From NCBI GenBank assembly GCA_028826165.1, contig JAPDFW010000061.1, positions 124,001-188,000 on the forward strand: a stretch of DNA of 64,000 nucleotides. Direction: 5' to 3'. The position numbers and the translations under genes were made by a program. This DNA comes from Anaeramoeba ignava BMAN. Its lineage: Eukaryota > Protista > Anaeramoebae. Below, one piece after another: positions 1-12,437 of the stretch (the first letter of the stretch is position 1; every line of letters begins with the position of its first letter). The notes under the pieces were generated by a model. It did not search any database. It worked only from the letters and a program-made list of their open reading frames with translations, and was not told the origin of the DNA.

Positions 1-2998
1 ATTTAAAAAAATTAGCTCTTCATCTTCTTGCATAAACCATGCTATTTAACAGAATTATCCCTTACAATTAAAAATTCCATAGAAAATGCATACCCACCAG
101 CTTTTATTGATGTTTTTATTGGAAATTATATGGATAATGTTAGAATTATCTTCCATCATCTTCCAATCCCAATTTGTTCTGATGGAACAAAATTATTTTT
201 TCAACTTTCATCAAGTGAAAACCAAAATTTACTTTATGATTTTGAAGGAACATCTTTTGATTCTGAATTATTATCAAGAGTTATTCTAATTACTTTCCAT
301 TGTAGCAGCATTAAACAAACTCAAAACCAAATTCAAATCCAAAATACAAATCAAAATGAAAATCAAAATTCAAAATCAAAAAAGGAGCAAAAAAAAATTC
401 ATCAAATCAAAACAAATTCAGATCCTGATTTTTATACAACAATGTCTTTAGGAAAAATTGATGTTTATGGAGTTGTTCCACGTTCAATTCCAGATTTTTT
501 TTCTCGAATTAAATATTCAGGAAATATTCCAAATGATGGAAGAAATAATCGTTTAACATTATTTGAAAGTTGCAGTCGTTCTTTATTTGATCAAGGAAAA
601 AAAGATTCAGGCAAAAATATGCTTGAAGTTCAACGCGGAAAAATTGATTTTGAATTAACAACTGATTCTCCAACTTTTACAATTGTTTCACACAATGATT
701 TTGGAAATGAATCTGATCAAAATTCTAAAAATTTAAATCAATCCACAAAATTCAATCCAAATCTTGATTTCATGAGATTATCTTATAATGTTCTTACTCA
801 TTATATTGATGGAGTGAAATTTTTAGATATAAATTCTAATTTGGGATTAAATTTAAAATCAAGTTCAAATTTAACAAAAACAGTTTCAAATTCAACGAAT
901 TCAAATTTAGATTTAATTGAAAATGTGGATGATAGTTTATATGAAAATAATCAAAATGAAAATAATCAAAATGAAAATAATCAAAATGAAAATCAACATG
1001 AAAATCAAAATGAAAATCAAAATGAAAAAAAAATTAGTGAATCAAAAAAGAAATCAAAAGGAAAATCAAAAATCAAAAATTTTGATAAACAAACACTAAG
1101 ATTAAGTTTATCAAGAAAATCTCTTAATAATATTTCTGATAATTCTATTGAAGGAACATCACCTAATTCAAAAGAATATCAACTTCATGTAAAGCATCTT
1201 CTTAAAGAAGCAAAACAAAAAAATAGAAGTTTTACATTTCTTGATACTTTACAATTAGAATTAACAAGAATACAATTATCAATATCAGCAAGTGATAGAG
1301 ATACAATTTTATTAAATTTTGGATGTAGAATTAATGATTTTAATCCACATAGATTTATTTTTCCAAGAGATGAAAAAATGTTTCAAGGTAGAAAATAATA
1401 TTTAAATTAAATCAATTTTTTTTGAATTTAATTTAATATAAATTTAATTTAATTTAATTTAATAATAAGCTATGATGAAAAGTAAAAAATTGAGAACTAA
1501 TACTTGTTCAAATCCAAATTGCAAATTAAAATTAAAAAACAATAAACATCAGTGTTATTATTGTTTAAAATATTTTTGTTCTAAATGCATGTCATTAACA
1601 AAAATGAGGGTAAAAATTAAAATCAAATTTAAAATTATTTATAAAATTAAAATTAAAATTAAAATTAAAATTATTTATAAAAATTAAAATTTATATTAAT
1701 ATTAAAAGATAACGGAATATATGTGGAATAAACCATTACCAGTTTGTCAAAATTGTTCTGTTTTTCTTACACAACAAGAATTTGCAATCAAAAAAATACA
1801 AGAATTAGAAGATCGAAAAAATTTCCAAGTTTTCAATTCAAATTTCATTCAAACACATGAATTATTATCATTTATGGAAAAAGTAGATTTTCTAAAAAAA
1901 AGAAGATGGAAAAGAAATAATCGACAAGAAAATATAGCAAAATTTCCAGAAGCAGGAATTTTACGATCAGTTTTAACAGATCCTCGTTCATCTTCTATTG
2001 AAAGTATTTTATTTCCTTCAAGATCAATCCAAAAATATTTTTGGTTTTCACAAGAAAATGTTCAAGAAGTTGAAGTTATGATTGCTTTAAATTTTCAAAC
2101 TAAAATTCAAAGTTTATCTATTTTTGTTGATAAATTTGGTTATACAATTAAAGATGCTCCTTTGATTACAATTTTAACTGGTCTTTCTTTTTCTGAAATT
2201 GAACAAAAAGGAATTTGGGATTTAAGGAAAATCAAACAAGAAATTCCAAAAAAAAAATCAATTCCAAATCAAAATATTTCAAATCAAAATAATCAAAATC
2301 AAAAAGAAAATATTCAAAAAGAAAATATTCAAAATCAAAATATTCAAAAAGAAAACTTAATTATTCATCACAAACCAAAGCATTTAATTATTCAACCAAA
2401 TTCAACAATTACTTATAAATTTGACAAGATGATTAATTGCAAAATAATTTCACTTATTTTCCAACTTCCTAATTTAAAAATATCCAAATCGAAATCAAAA
2501 AATTCAAAAAAGAAGAACAAAAAAGGATCAGAAAGAATTCATATTGGAAGAATTTTTGTAAATGGAGAGTATGAAATTATGGAAACAAAAGATTCAATAT
2601 TAACATTATCTAGTTTAAGTCAATATACTCAAATCAAAGAAATGAAATTTGAACCTTTAAAAATTGTAGTATATCAATATCGACCAACAATAAGAATTCT
2701 TGATATTGTAATCGAAAATTCTACTAAAGTTAATGGTTTTTCTTTCTTTGTTCTTCATGGAGAAGAAGGTTATTCTTCTCAAATTCGAAAATTAATGATA
2801 ACTGCAATAATTGTTGATGAAAATTCAGATATTGTTACTCAAACAATGATTGGTAGTTTTGTAATTCCAAGAACTGAAAAACGTTCCACTTTAAATTATT
2901 ATTTTGAAAATCCAATAGAAGCAAATAGATTTGCTGTTGAATTTCTTTCTAATTATGGAGGAAAAGAATATTGTCCAGGAAAAATTACTTTTTTTTAA
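1..2998 (+). CDS. SAC9: SAC9-like phosphoinositide phosphatase, 3' portion (5' end outside window); exons <1..1387, 1470..1609, 1709..2998
   Basis: Blocks resemble the plant SAC9 C-terminal region: KPCYLTELSLTI, FLDTLQLELTRIQLSISASDRDTILL, IAKFPEAGILRSV, VDKFGYTIKDAPLITI. GT-AG introns 1388..1469 and 1610..1708 join three ORFs in frame and build a FYVE-like Cys cluster (CSNPNC..HQCYYC..CSKC..VCQNC). Confidence 0.8.
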
Positions 2999-3140
2999 AA
3001 AATCAAATTTAAATCGAAAATCAAATTTAAATCGTAAAATTCTTTTCCTTTTTCTTTTTCTTTTTCTTTTTTTATTATTAAACTTCAAAATTCAAAAATT
3101 AATTATTAAAAATTAACTATTAAAAATTTTTCTTATTTTC

Positions 3141-6100
3141 TCATTTTAAATCCATTAAATCATCAAAAGAAGATTTTTCATTATTATTTTGTGAATTATT
3201 ATTTTGTGAATTATTATTTTTTGAATTATTATTTTGTGAAGATGTATTTGATTTTGAAATTGGATTAAAATCACTTAAAAAATCAATTAAATCAATATTT
3301 TGAGATTTTTCATTTAAATTTTCTTTTTTTTCAACAATTCTTGATTTTTTTTTAATTGAGAATCCTGGAAAAATTTCAATTTCTGGAATTAAAGGTTGAA
3401 TTGAAACAGTTTCTGGAAGATCATCATCAATTGAAATTGGTTTTTTTAATGTATTTTTACCAATATTAACAGAAGTTTCAATAGGAATTAATAAATTATT
3501 ATTATTTAAATTTTTTTCAATCTTTTCTTTTGGATTTAAATCTTTTTGAATTTTTTCTTTTGGATTTAAATCCTTTTCAATCTTTCTTCTTCTACTTTTT
3601 CTATGATGTTTTTTATGTGTTTTTTTCCTTTTTTCTTCATTTATATTATTCTTTTTTTCATTTTTTGAATCTTCAATTGATTTTTCATTTATTTTTTCTG
3701 TTAATAAATAATTCCCATTCATTTTTTGTTTAATTTTTTCAACTTCTTGATTTATTCTATCAAGATTTTCTGAAATTTCAGAATCAATAAATTTTTCATT
3801 TGATTGTTTTTCTTCTTTTTTTAACTTTTTTTGTTTTTCAACTTGACTATCATTTACTTTTAAATTATAACTAATTTTTGAATTTGATTTTTCTTGATCA
3901 TTTTCCTTTTTGTTTTGATTTATTTCTTCATCTTTTAAAATATTTTCCTCATTAGTTTCTGTTTTTGAATCTTTTTCATTTTTTGATTTTTTTCTTCTTG
4001 TTTTTCTTTTTTCTTTTGTTAAATTATGTGAATCTTTGGTTAAATTAGAATTTTCTTCGAAATGATTTTGATTTGAATCTTTTGATTTTGATTCTTTTTC
4101 AAGTTGATGTTTTGATTTTGATTCAATATTTTTTTGATTTTCAATATGATTTTGATTTTGATTTTGAATTTCATTTTGATTTTGATTTTGATTTTGATTT
4201 TGATTTTGATTTTGATTTTCAATATGATTTTGATTTTCTTTAATTTGTGGTTTTTCTTCTGGACTTTTTCTAATTTCCATATCTAATTTAGATTTATGTT
4301 TTGATTTAGATTTTGATTTTGATTTTGATTTTGATTTTGAAATCTGATTTGAATTTTTTGATTTTGATTCTTTTTCAAGTTGATGTTTTGATTTTGATTC
4401 AATATTTTTTTGATTTTCTTTTTGATTTTGATTTTGATTTTCAATTTCATTTTGATTTTCAATTTCATTTTGATTTTGATTTTCATTTTGATTTTCATTT
4501 TGATTTTGATTTTGATTTTGATTTTGATTTTGATTTTGATTTTGATTTTCTTTAATTTGTGGTTTTTCTTCTGGACTTTTTCTAATTTCCATATCTAATT
4601 TAGATTTATGTTTTGATTTAGATTTTGATTTTGATTTTGATTTTGATTTTGAAATTTGATTTGAATTTGAATCTTTTGATTTTGATTCTTTTTCAAGTTG
4701 ATGTTTTGATTTTGATTCAATATGATTTTGATTTTGATTTTGATTTTGATTTTGATTTTGATTTTGATTTTGATTTTGATTTTGATTTTGATTTTGATTT
4801 TGATTTTGATTTTGATTTTGATTTTGATTTTGATTTTGATTTTGATTTTGATTTTGATTTTGATTTTGATTTTGATTTTGAATATTTTGATTTTCATTTT
4901 GATTTTGATTTTGATTTTGATTTTGATTTTGATTTTGATTTTGAATATTTTGATTTTCATTTTGATTTTGATTTTGATTTTGATTTTGATTTTGATTTTG
5001 ATTTTGATTTTGATTTTCAATTTCATTTTGATTTTCATTTTGATTTTCAATATGAATTTGTGGTTTTTCTTCTGGACTTTTTCTAATTTCCATATCTAAT
5101 TTAGATTTATGTTTTGATTTTGATTTAGATTTTGATTTTGATTTTGATTTTGATTTTGAAATTGAATTTGAATTTGAATCTTTTGATTTTGATTCTTTTT
5201 CAAGTTGATGTTTTGATTTTGATTCAATATGTTTTTGTGTTTCTTTTTCCTTTTCAATTTCTTGAGATTTTAGCTTTTCTTCTGTATTTTTTCTAGTTTC
5301 AATATCTAATTTGGATTTAGATTTTTGTGTAATTTGTGAATTTGGTTTTGGATTCGGTTTTGGTTTTGGTTTTGTATTTGTATTTGAATTTGTATTTTTT
5401 CTTTCTGATTCTAATTTTGGTTTTGGTTTTGGATTCGGTTTTGGTTTTGTATTTGTATTTGGATTTGTATTTGGATTTGTATTTGGATTTATATTTATAT
5501 TTAAATTTTTATTTGTATTTGGATTTTGTTCGGTTTCTTGATTTTGATTATTTGATTCCATATTTTTTCTAAATATCAAAATAAATAATATAAAAATAAG
5601 CGAAATTTTCTTTAATGTTTTAATTGAATAATTTACGTAATTTCTTCATAACATTTATCACAAACACGAACATCCTTATTTGAAACATAAGAAAGTAATA
5701 ATTTTCTTGAGCTACAAGCACTACAAATAATATCACCACAATTTCTACAATGATGCTAAATTTGAATAACAAAATTTCATTGAAAAAAAAAGAGATAAAA
5801 TTTTTTTTGATAAATCTTGTTTAAAATTGAATAAATAAATGAATAATTAAAAAAACAATCTACCCTTCTTTTGGAAAAAGTGAATTTACATCCACAAGAA
5901 ATACAATTTAATACTTCTTTGTCTTGTTTCCAAATTGGAGCTTCTTTTGCCAATGAATGATTATTTCCTTTTTTTTCAATTATTTGAGTTATTTGTTTAT
6001 TTATAGTTTGAATCCATTGATTTTTCATTTTTTTTTCATTTGTAAAAACTGTAAAACTTTTTCCTTGTGTTTTAATATCAAATCCATTTTTGACAAATTT

Positions 6101-9100
6101 TCTATTGATTGTTTCAGAAATTTTAATTGTTTCAAGTGGAATTATTTTATTTATCATCAATTTTTTCTTTTTTAATATATGATAAGATGCGACTAAAAGT
6201 ATATCATTAAAGAGTAATAAATATCTTTTTTGATTTTTTTTGCGACTCATTTTCATTACTTCTCCTTCCAAAATTAATATTCTTTTTGGATCTTCAATTT
6301 GCTTTTTTTTATAAATGAAAATATTTTCCAATTTAATTTAATTTTAATTTTAATTTTAATTTTAAATATTTTCTACAGGTTTTTTTCCTGCAAATCTATT
6401 TAATATTTCTTCAAAATTTGTTGAATTTTCTTGTTCTTCCTTTTTAGTTTCATAATCATATAAAATTTTTAATAACATTTCAACTTTGATTTGAATTTTA
6501 TTTTTATATTCTTGAATTTTTTCTTTATCAGAATGATTTAATGGTGTAACTTGATAAATTTTCTAAGATAAAATAAAGAATAAAAAGGTGAATCAAAAAG
6601 AATGATTATAATAAAATGAATTATATTTGGGAATTAAAGAAATAAAAAAAAACTACATCAATCATTTCTAAATAAAAAGAAGGTTTTTTTAAAGGTTTTT
6701 GTAATAAATTTCTAAATGTTAATCCATGACAAGCTGGAGAACTTTCAATATCTCGACAAAATTCAATAAATGAAGTTACTTTTTCGCATTCATTTATTGC
6801 TTGAATAACATTTGAATAATTATTAAAATATTCTGTATATTGATCCATTATTGGAATCTATATTTAATTTTATTAATAATTTAATTAATAATTTAATTAA
6901 TAATTTTATAAATAATTTTATTAATAATTTTATAAATAATTTTATTAATAATTTTATAAATAATTTTATTAATAATTTTATAAATAATTTTATTAATAAT
7001 TTTATAAATAATTTTATAAATAATTTTATAAATAATTTTATAATTAATTTTATATATAATTTTATAAATAATTTTATAAATAATTTTATAAATAATTTTA
7101 TAAATAATTTTATAAATAATTTTATAATTAATTTTATAAATAATTTTATAAATAATTTAATAAATAATTTTATAAATAATTTTATAAATAATTTTATAAA
7201 TAATTTTATAAATAATTTTATAAATAATTTTATAAATAATTTTATAAATAATTTTATAAATAATTATATAAATAATTTTATAAATAATTTTATAAATAAT
7301 TTTATAAATAATTTTATAAATAATTTTATAAATAATTTTATAAATAATTTTATATTTAATTTTATAAATAATTTTATAAATAATTTTTATATTTAATTTT
7401 ATATATAATTTTATTAATAATTTTATATTTAATTTTATATTTAATTTAATAAATAATTTTATAAATAATTTTATATATAATTTTATAAATAATTTTATAA
7501 ATAATTTTATATTTAATTTTATATTTAATTTTATAAATAATTTTATAATTAATTTAATTAATAATTTTATAAATAATTTTATAAATAATTTTATATTTAA
7601 TTTTATAAATAATTTTATAATTAATTTTAATTAATAATTTTATAAATAATTTTATAAATAATTTAATAATTAATTTAATAATTAATTTTTATAATTAATT
7701 TTATAAATTAATTTTATTAATAATTTTATAAATAATTTTATAAATAATTTTATAATTAATTTTTATATATAATTTTATAAATAATTTTATAATTAATTTT
7801 ATAATTAATTTTATATTTAATTTTATATATAATTTTTATATATAATTTTATATATAATTTTATAAATAATTTTATAATTAATTTATAAATAATTTAATAT
7901 TTAATTTTATATATAATTTTATAATTAATTTTATATATAATTTTATAATTAATTTTTATAAATAATTTTATAATTAATTTTATAAATAATTTTATAAATA
8001 ATTTTATATTTAATTTTATAAATAATTTAATAATTAATTTTATAATAATTTTTATAATTAATTTTATAATTAATTTTATAATTAATTTTATATATAATTT
8101 TATAAATAATTTTATATATAATTTTATATATAATTTTATATTTAATTTTATATTTAATTTTATAAATAATTTTATATATAATTTTATAATTAATTTTATA
8201 TATAATTTTATAATTAATTTTATTAATAATTTTATAAATAATTTTATATTTAATTTTATAAATAATTTTATAAATAATTTAATAAATAATTTAATTAATA
8301 ATTTTATAATTAATTTTATAAATAATTTTATAAATAATTTTATAAATAATTATATAAATAATTTTATAAATAATTTTATATTTAATTTTATAATTAATTT
8401 TATAATTAATTTAATAAATAATTTTATAATTAATTTTATATATAATTTTATATATAATTTTATAAATAATTTTATAAATAATTTTATAAATAATTTTATA
8501 AATAATTTTATAAATAATTTTATAAATAATTTTATAAATAATTTTATAAATAATTTTATTAATTTTATTAATAATTTTATTAATAATTTTATAAATAATT
8601 TTATAAATAATTTTATATTTAATTTTATAATTAATTTTATAATTAATTTTATAATTAATTTTATAATTAATTTTATAATTAATTTTATAATTAATTTTAT
8701 TAATAATTTTATATATAATTTTATAAATAATTTTATAAATAATTTTATAATTAATTTTATAAATAATTTTATAATTAATTTTATATATAATTTTATAAAT
8801 AATTTTATATTTAATTTTATAATTAATTTTATATTTAATTTTATAATTAATTTTATAAATAATTTTATAAATAATTTTGAAATAAATTGTTGCATTGAAT
8901 TAAAAGAAAATAAAAGATTTTGTAATTACAAGCTCTGAAATTGATTTTGATAATTCAACATTTTCTGACCTAAATACAATAAAAGAAAATAAAAGAAAAT
9001 AAATTTTTTAAAATTAAAATTTCGTTTTTTACCAAGTTAATAATAGAAATTCAAGTTGATGTATAAATTCTGATGTTGAAACATAAATTGTTTTTGTATT

Positions 9101-9349
9101 TGAAAATATTATTGGTATTTTTGATGGATGAACTATTGGATCCTCCAATTTTGATGCTTCTTCAATACTATTTAAAAAAAATTTTATCAAAATATCAAGT
9201 TCATTTATATAAATTTGTTCTTTTTTTAAAAGTTCTTTTGCAACTTTTTCTCTTTGATTTTGTTTTTGATTTTCATTTTCATTTTGATTTTCATTTTGAA
9301 TTTGAATTTCATTTTCATTTTCATTTTCATTTTCATTTTGTTCATTCAT
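3141..9349 (-). CDS. FGD/frabin-like RhoGEF (DH-PH-FYVE) with long low-complexity C-terminus; exons 9349..9033, 8969..8930, 6857..6657, 6562..6377, 6301..5864, 5755..5637, 5568..3141
   Basis: DH motifs ([34 protein letters not shown]), PH motifs ([18 protein letters not shown]) and FYVE motifs ([30 protein letters not shown]). All six GT-AG introns preserve the frame. Confidence 0.88.
6862..8880. repeat. 12-bp A/T-only satellite (TAATTTTATAAA)n filling intron 2 (6858..8929) of the RhoGEF gene
   Basis: Visible 12-nt periodicity; explains the spurious NNFI/KLFI ORFs. Confidence 0.95.
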
Positions 9350-9489
9350 TTTTAAAAAAGAAAAAAGAAAAAAATGAAAAAATTTATTTTTTATTTTTAA
9401 TTTTCATTTGTAATTTTTTTGTAAGAAAAAAAATGTCAAAATTATCAAGAAAAAAATGTCAAAATTATCAAGGAAAAAAAAGAAAGAAT

Positions 9490-9776
9490 TTAAATGATAT
9501 AATTTGGTTCGCCTCTTTGTTTCATTGAATTCATAATACATTCTTCATTATAACGAGCAAAATCTTGAAATTGTTGAGATAATCTAAAACTTAAATATTC
9601 TTGAAAATCATCAGTCATTTTCCTTCTTTGTTTTGTTAATGCTTTCTCAATAATTTCTATTACTTCTTTTGATGTAAATAAATGTTCTTCTAAATCTGGT
9701 ATTAATTTTCGATATTTTTCTTGTTTTTGTAAATGTTGTCTTCTTTCTTTTATTGGTAAATTTCTTAATAAATCCT
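9490..9776 (-). CDS. AKIRIN: Akirin homolog, last exon (not in ORF track); upstream exon(s) unresolved, probably within ~10140-10990
   Basis: Manual translation after the AG at 9778-9777: DLLRNLPIKERRQHLQKQEKYRKLIPDLEEHLFTSKEVIEIIEKALTKQRRKMTDDFQEYLSFRLSQQFQDFARYNEECIMNSMKQRGEPNYII*. This matches the Akirin C-terminal pattern LFT..QV..I.E..L.......Y...L...L.EQY..F..F..D.I.......SYVS. Confidence 0.78.
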
Positions 9777-9779
9777 CTA

Positions 9780-10140
9780 ATTTTAATTTTAATTTTAATT
9801 TTGAATTTAATTTTAATTTTAATTTTAATTTTAATTTAAATTTTAATTTTAATTTTAATTTTAATTTTAATTTTGATTTTAATTTTAATTTTAATTTTAA
9901 TTTTAATTTTAATTTTAATTTTAATTTTAATTTTAGTTTTAATATTAATTTTTATTTTAATTTTAATTTTAATTTTAATTTTAATTTTAATTTTAATTTT
10001 GATTTTTAACATTAATTTTAATTTTAAATATTGATTTTAATTTTAATTTTAATTTTAATTTTAATTTTAATTTTAATTTTAATTTTAATTTTAATTTTAA
10101 TTTTTTAATTTTGATTTTAATTTAAATTTAAATTTTAATT
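9780..10140. repeat. (TTTTAA)n hexamer microsatellite, in the Akirin intron
   Basis: Direct periodicity. Confidence 0.9.
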
Positions 10141-11119
10141 TTTAAAGGAGAAATTGGTGTTGTTAATTTTTATATTTAAAAATGGAGAAAATTTTTATTG
10201 TTCTTTTTTAATTCTTGTTTTGTCTTTTTAATTTTAATTTTTAATAAAATAAAAATAATTTTAATTTTAAATAGTTAAATTTTTCTGAATTATTTAATTT
10301 TAATTTTAATTTTAATTTTAATTTTAATTTTAATTTTAATTTTTATTGGGAATATTTTTAAATTTTCATTTTTAATTTAAATTTAAATTTAATTTTAATG
10401 TTAAAGGATTTAAATGAGTTTTGTTTGTTAATGTTTTATATTTCAAAAAGGATTTGTTTTAAAATTTTTGAGGTTGTTTTTAATCATCATTTTTTAAGTT
10501 TATTCTTGATTTTCAACTTTTTCCTTTTATTTTTAATAAAATAAAAATGGATCAACCTTCTTTTTGAAATAGAGCTATTGAAATTTTATATAAAAATAAA
10601 TTAAAGAAATTCAAAGTAATAAATTTTTAATTTTTGAAAAATGAAAAATGATTTTAAAAATTTTTCCCTTTTATTTTTAAATTTCAATTAACAAAAATTA
10701 AGTTTTTTTCATTTAATCAATATTTTTAAATTTTCATTAATTTGATTTAATTAATTTATTAAATAAAATTTAATTTTTGAATTTTAATGTAATTTTCTAA
10801 ATAAAATTTAATTAATTTTGTTAATGTCGATATGTTGCAAAAATTTAATTTTTTTTAAATATTTTTTAGGTAATTTTTAAATATCATTTTTCTAAGTTCT
10901 TTGCTTGGATATTCAACTATTTTTCCTCGTTTCATTTTCTAAATAAAATTCTGTTGGAAATGGATCAATCCTTAATTTTTTTAAATAAAATTCCAATAAA
11001 AATAAAATTTAATTAAGAAATTCAAATAAAATTAAATTTTTGTTTTAATCAATAAAATGAAAAATAAAAGAAAAATGATTTTAAAAATTTTTCCCTTTTT
11101 ATTTTTAAAAAAAGATAAT

Positions 11120-12290
11120 TTATTAAATAAAATTTTCAATTTAAAAAAAATTTAATTAACCGTTTTTGGAAAAAAATTTAATTAATTTATTAAATAAAAT
11201 TTAATTAATAAAATGTGGAATAAAATTTAATTAATTTATTAAATAAAATTTAATTAATTTATTAAATAAAATTTAATTAATTTATTAAATAAAATTTAAT
11301 TAATTTATTAAATAAAATTTAATTAATAAAATGTGGAATAAAATTTAATTAATTTATTAAATAAAATTTTAAATTAAATAAAATTTAATTAATTTTCTAA
11401 ATAAAATTTAATTAATTTTCTAAATAAAATTTAATTAATAAAATGTGGAATAAAATTTAATTAATTTATTAAATAAAATTTAATTAATTTTCTAAATAAA
11501 ATTTAATTAATTTATTAAATAAAATTTAATTAATAAAAGAAAGGATGTGGAATAAAAATTTAATTAATTTAATTAAATAAAAAATTTAATCAATAAAATG
11601 TGGAATAAAATTTAATTAAATAAAATTTATTAATAAAATAAATTTAATTAATTTTTCTAAATAAAATTTAATTAATTTTTATTAAATAAAATTTAATTAA
11701 TTTTTAAATAAAATTTAATTAATTTATTAAATAAAATTTAATTAATTTATTAAATAAAATTTAATCAATAAAATGTGGAATAAAATTTAATTAATTTATT
11801 AAATAAAATTTAATTAATTTATTAAATAAAAAATTAAATAAAAATTTTAATTAATTTATTAAATAAAAATTTAATTAATAAAATGTGGAATAAAATTTAA
11901 TTAATTTATTAAATAAAATTTAATTAATTTATTAAATAAAATTTAATTAATTTCTTAAATAAAAATTTAATTAATTTATTAAATAAAATTTAATTAATTT
12001 CTTAAATAAAATTTAATTAATTTATTAAATAAAATTTAATTAATAAAATGTGGAATAAAATTTAATTAATTTTCTAAATAAAATTTAATTAATTTTCTAA
12101 ATAAAATTTAATTAATTTATTAAATAAAATTTAATTAATTTATTAAATAAAATTTAATTAATAAAATGTGGAATAAATTTTAATTAATTTATTAAATAAA
12201 ATTTAATCAATAAAATGTGGAATAAAATTTAATTAATTTATTAAATAAAATTTATTAAATAAAATTTAATTAATAAGATTTAATTAAAAA
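11120..12290. repeat. Compound intergenic minisatellite: ~23-bp TAAAATTTAATTAATTTATTAAA units mixed with ~26-bp units carrying ATGTGGAA
   Basis: About 10 GTGGAATAAA copies between ~11215 and ~12225 among repeated 23-mers. Confidence 0.9.
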
Positions 12291-12437
12291 AATAATTGAA
12301 AAATAGAAATGATGTGAAAAAAAAACTTGATCAAAATTTCCCTTTTTTTTTTGTGATTTTTTTTTTTTCATTTTTTTGCTTTTTCAATTTATTTTTTTTT
12401 TCATTTTTGTTTTTCTTTTTTTGATCAAACGCTCTGA

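Noticed and set aside
4040-5572. Many short KIKI/ILIL/DFDF ORFs here and at 48555-50073, 51207-51679 and 61505-61835
   Set aside because: Alternate-frame or antisense readings of hexamer repeats.
6851-8895. ORFs 6851..7396 (NNFI)n and 8350..8895 (KLFI)n
   Set aside because: Translations of the intronic 12-mer satellite.
11120-12290. CRISPR-like array
   Set aside because: No unique spacers (the intervening units are themselves repeats), no cas genes, and a eukaryotic context.
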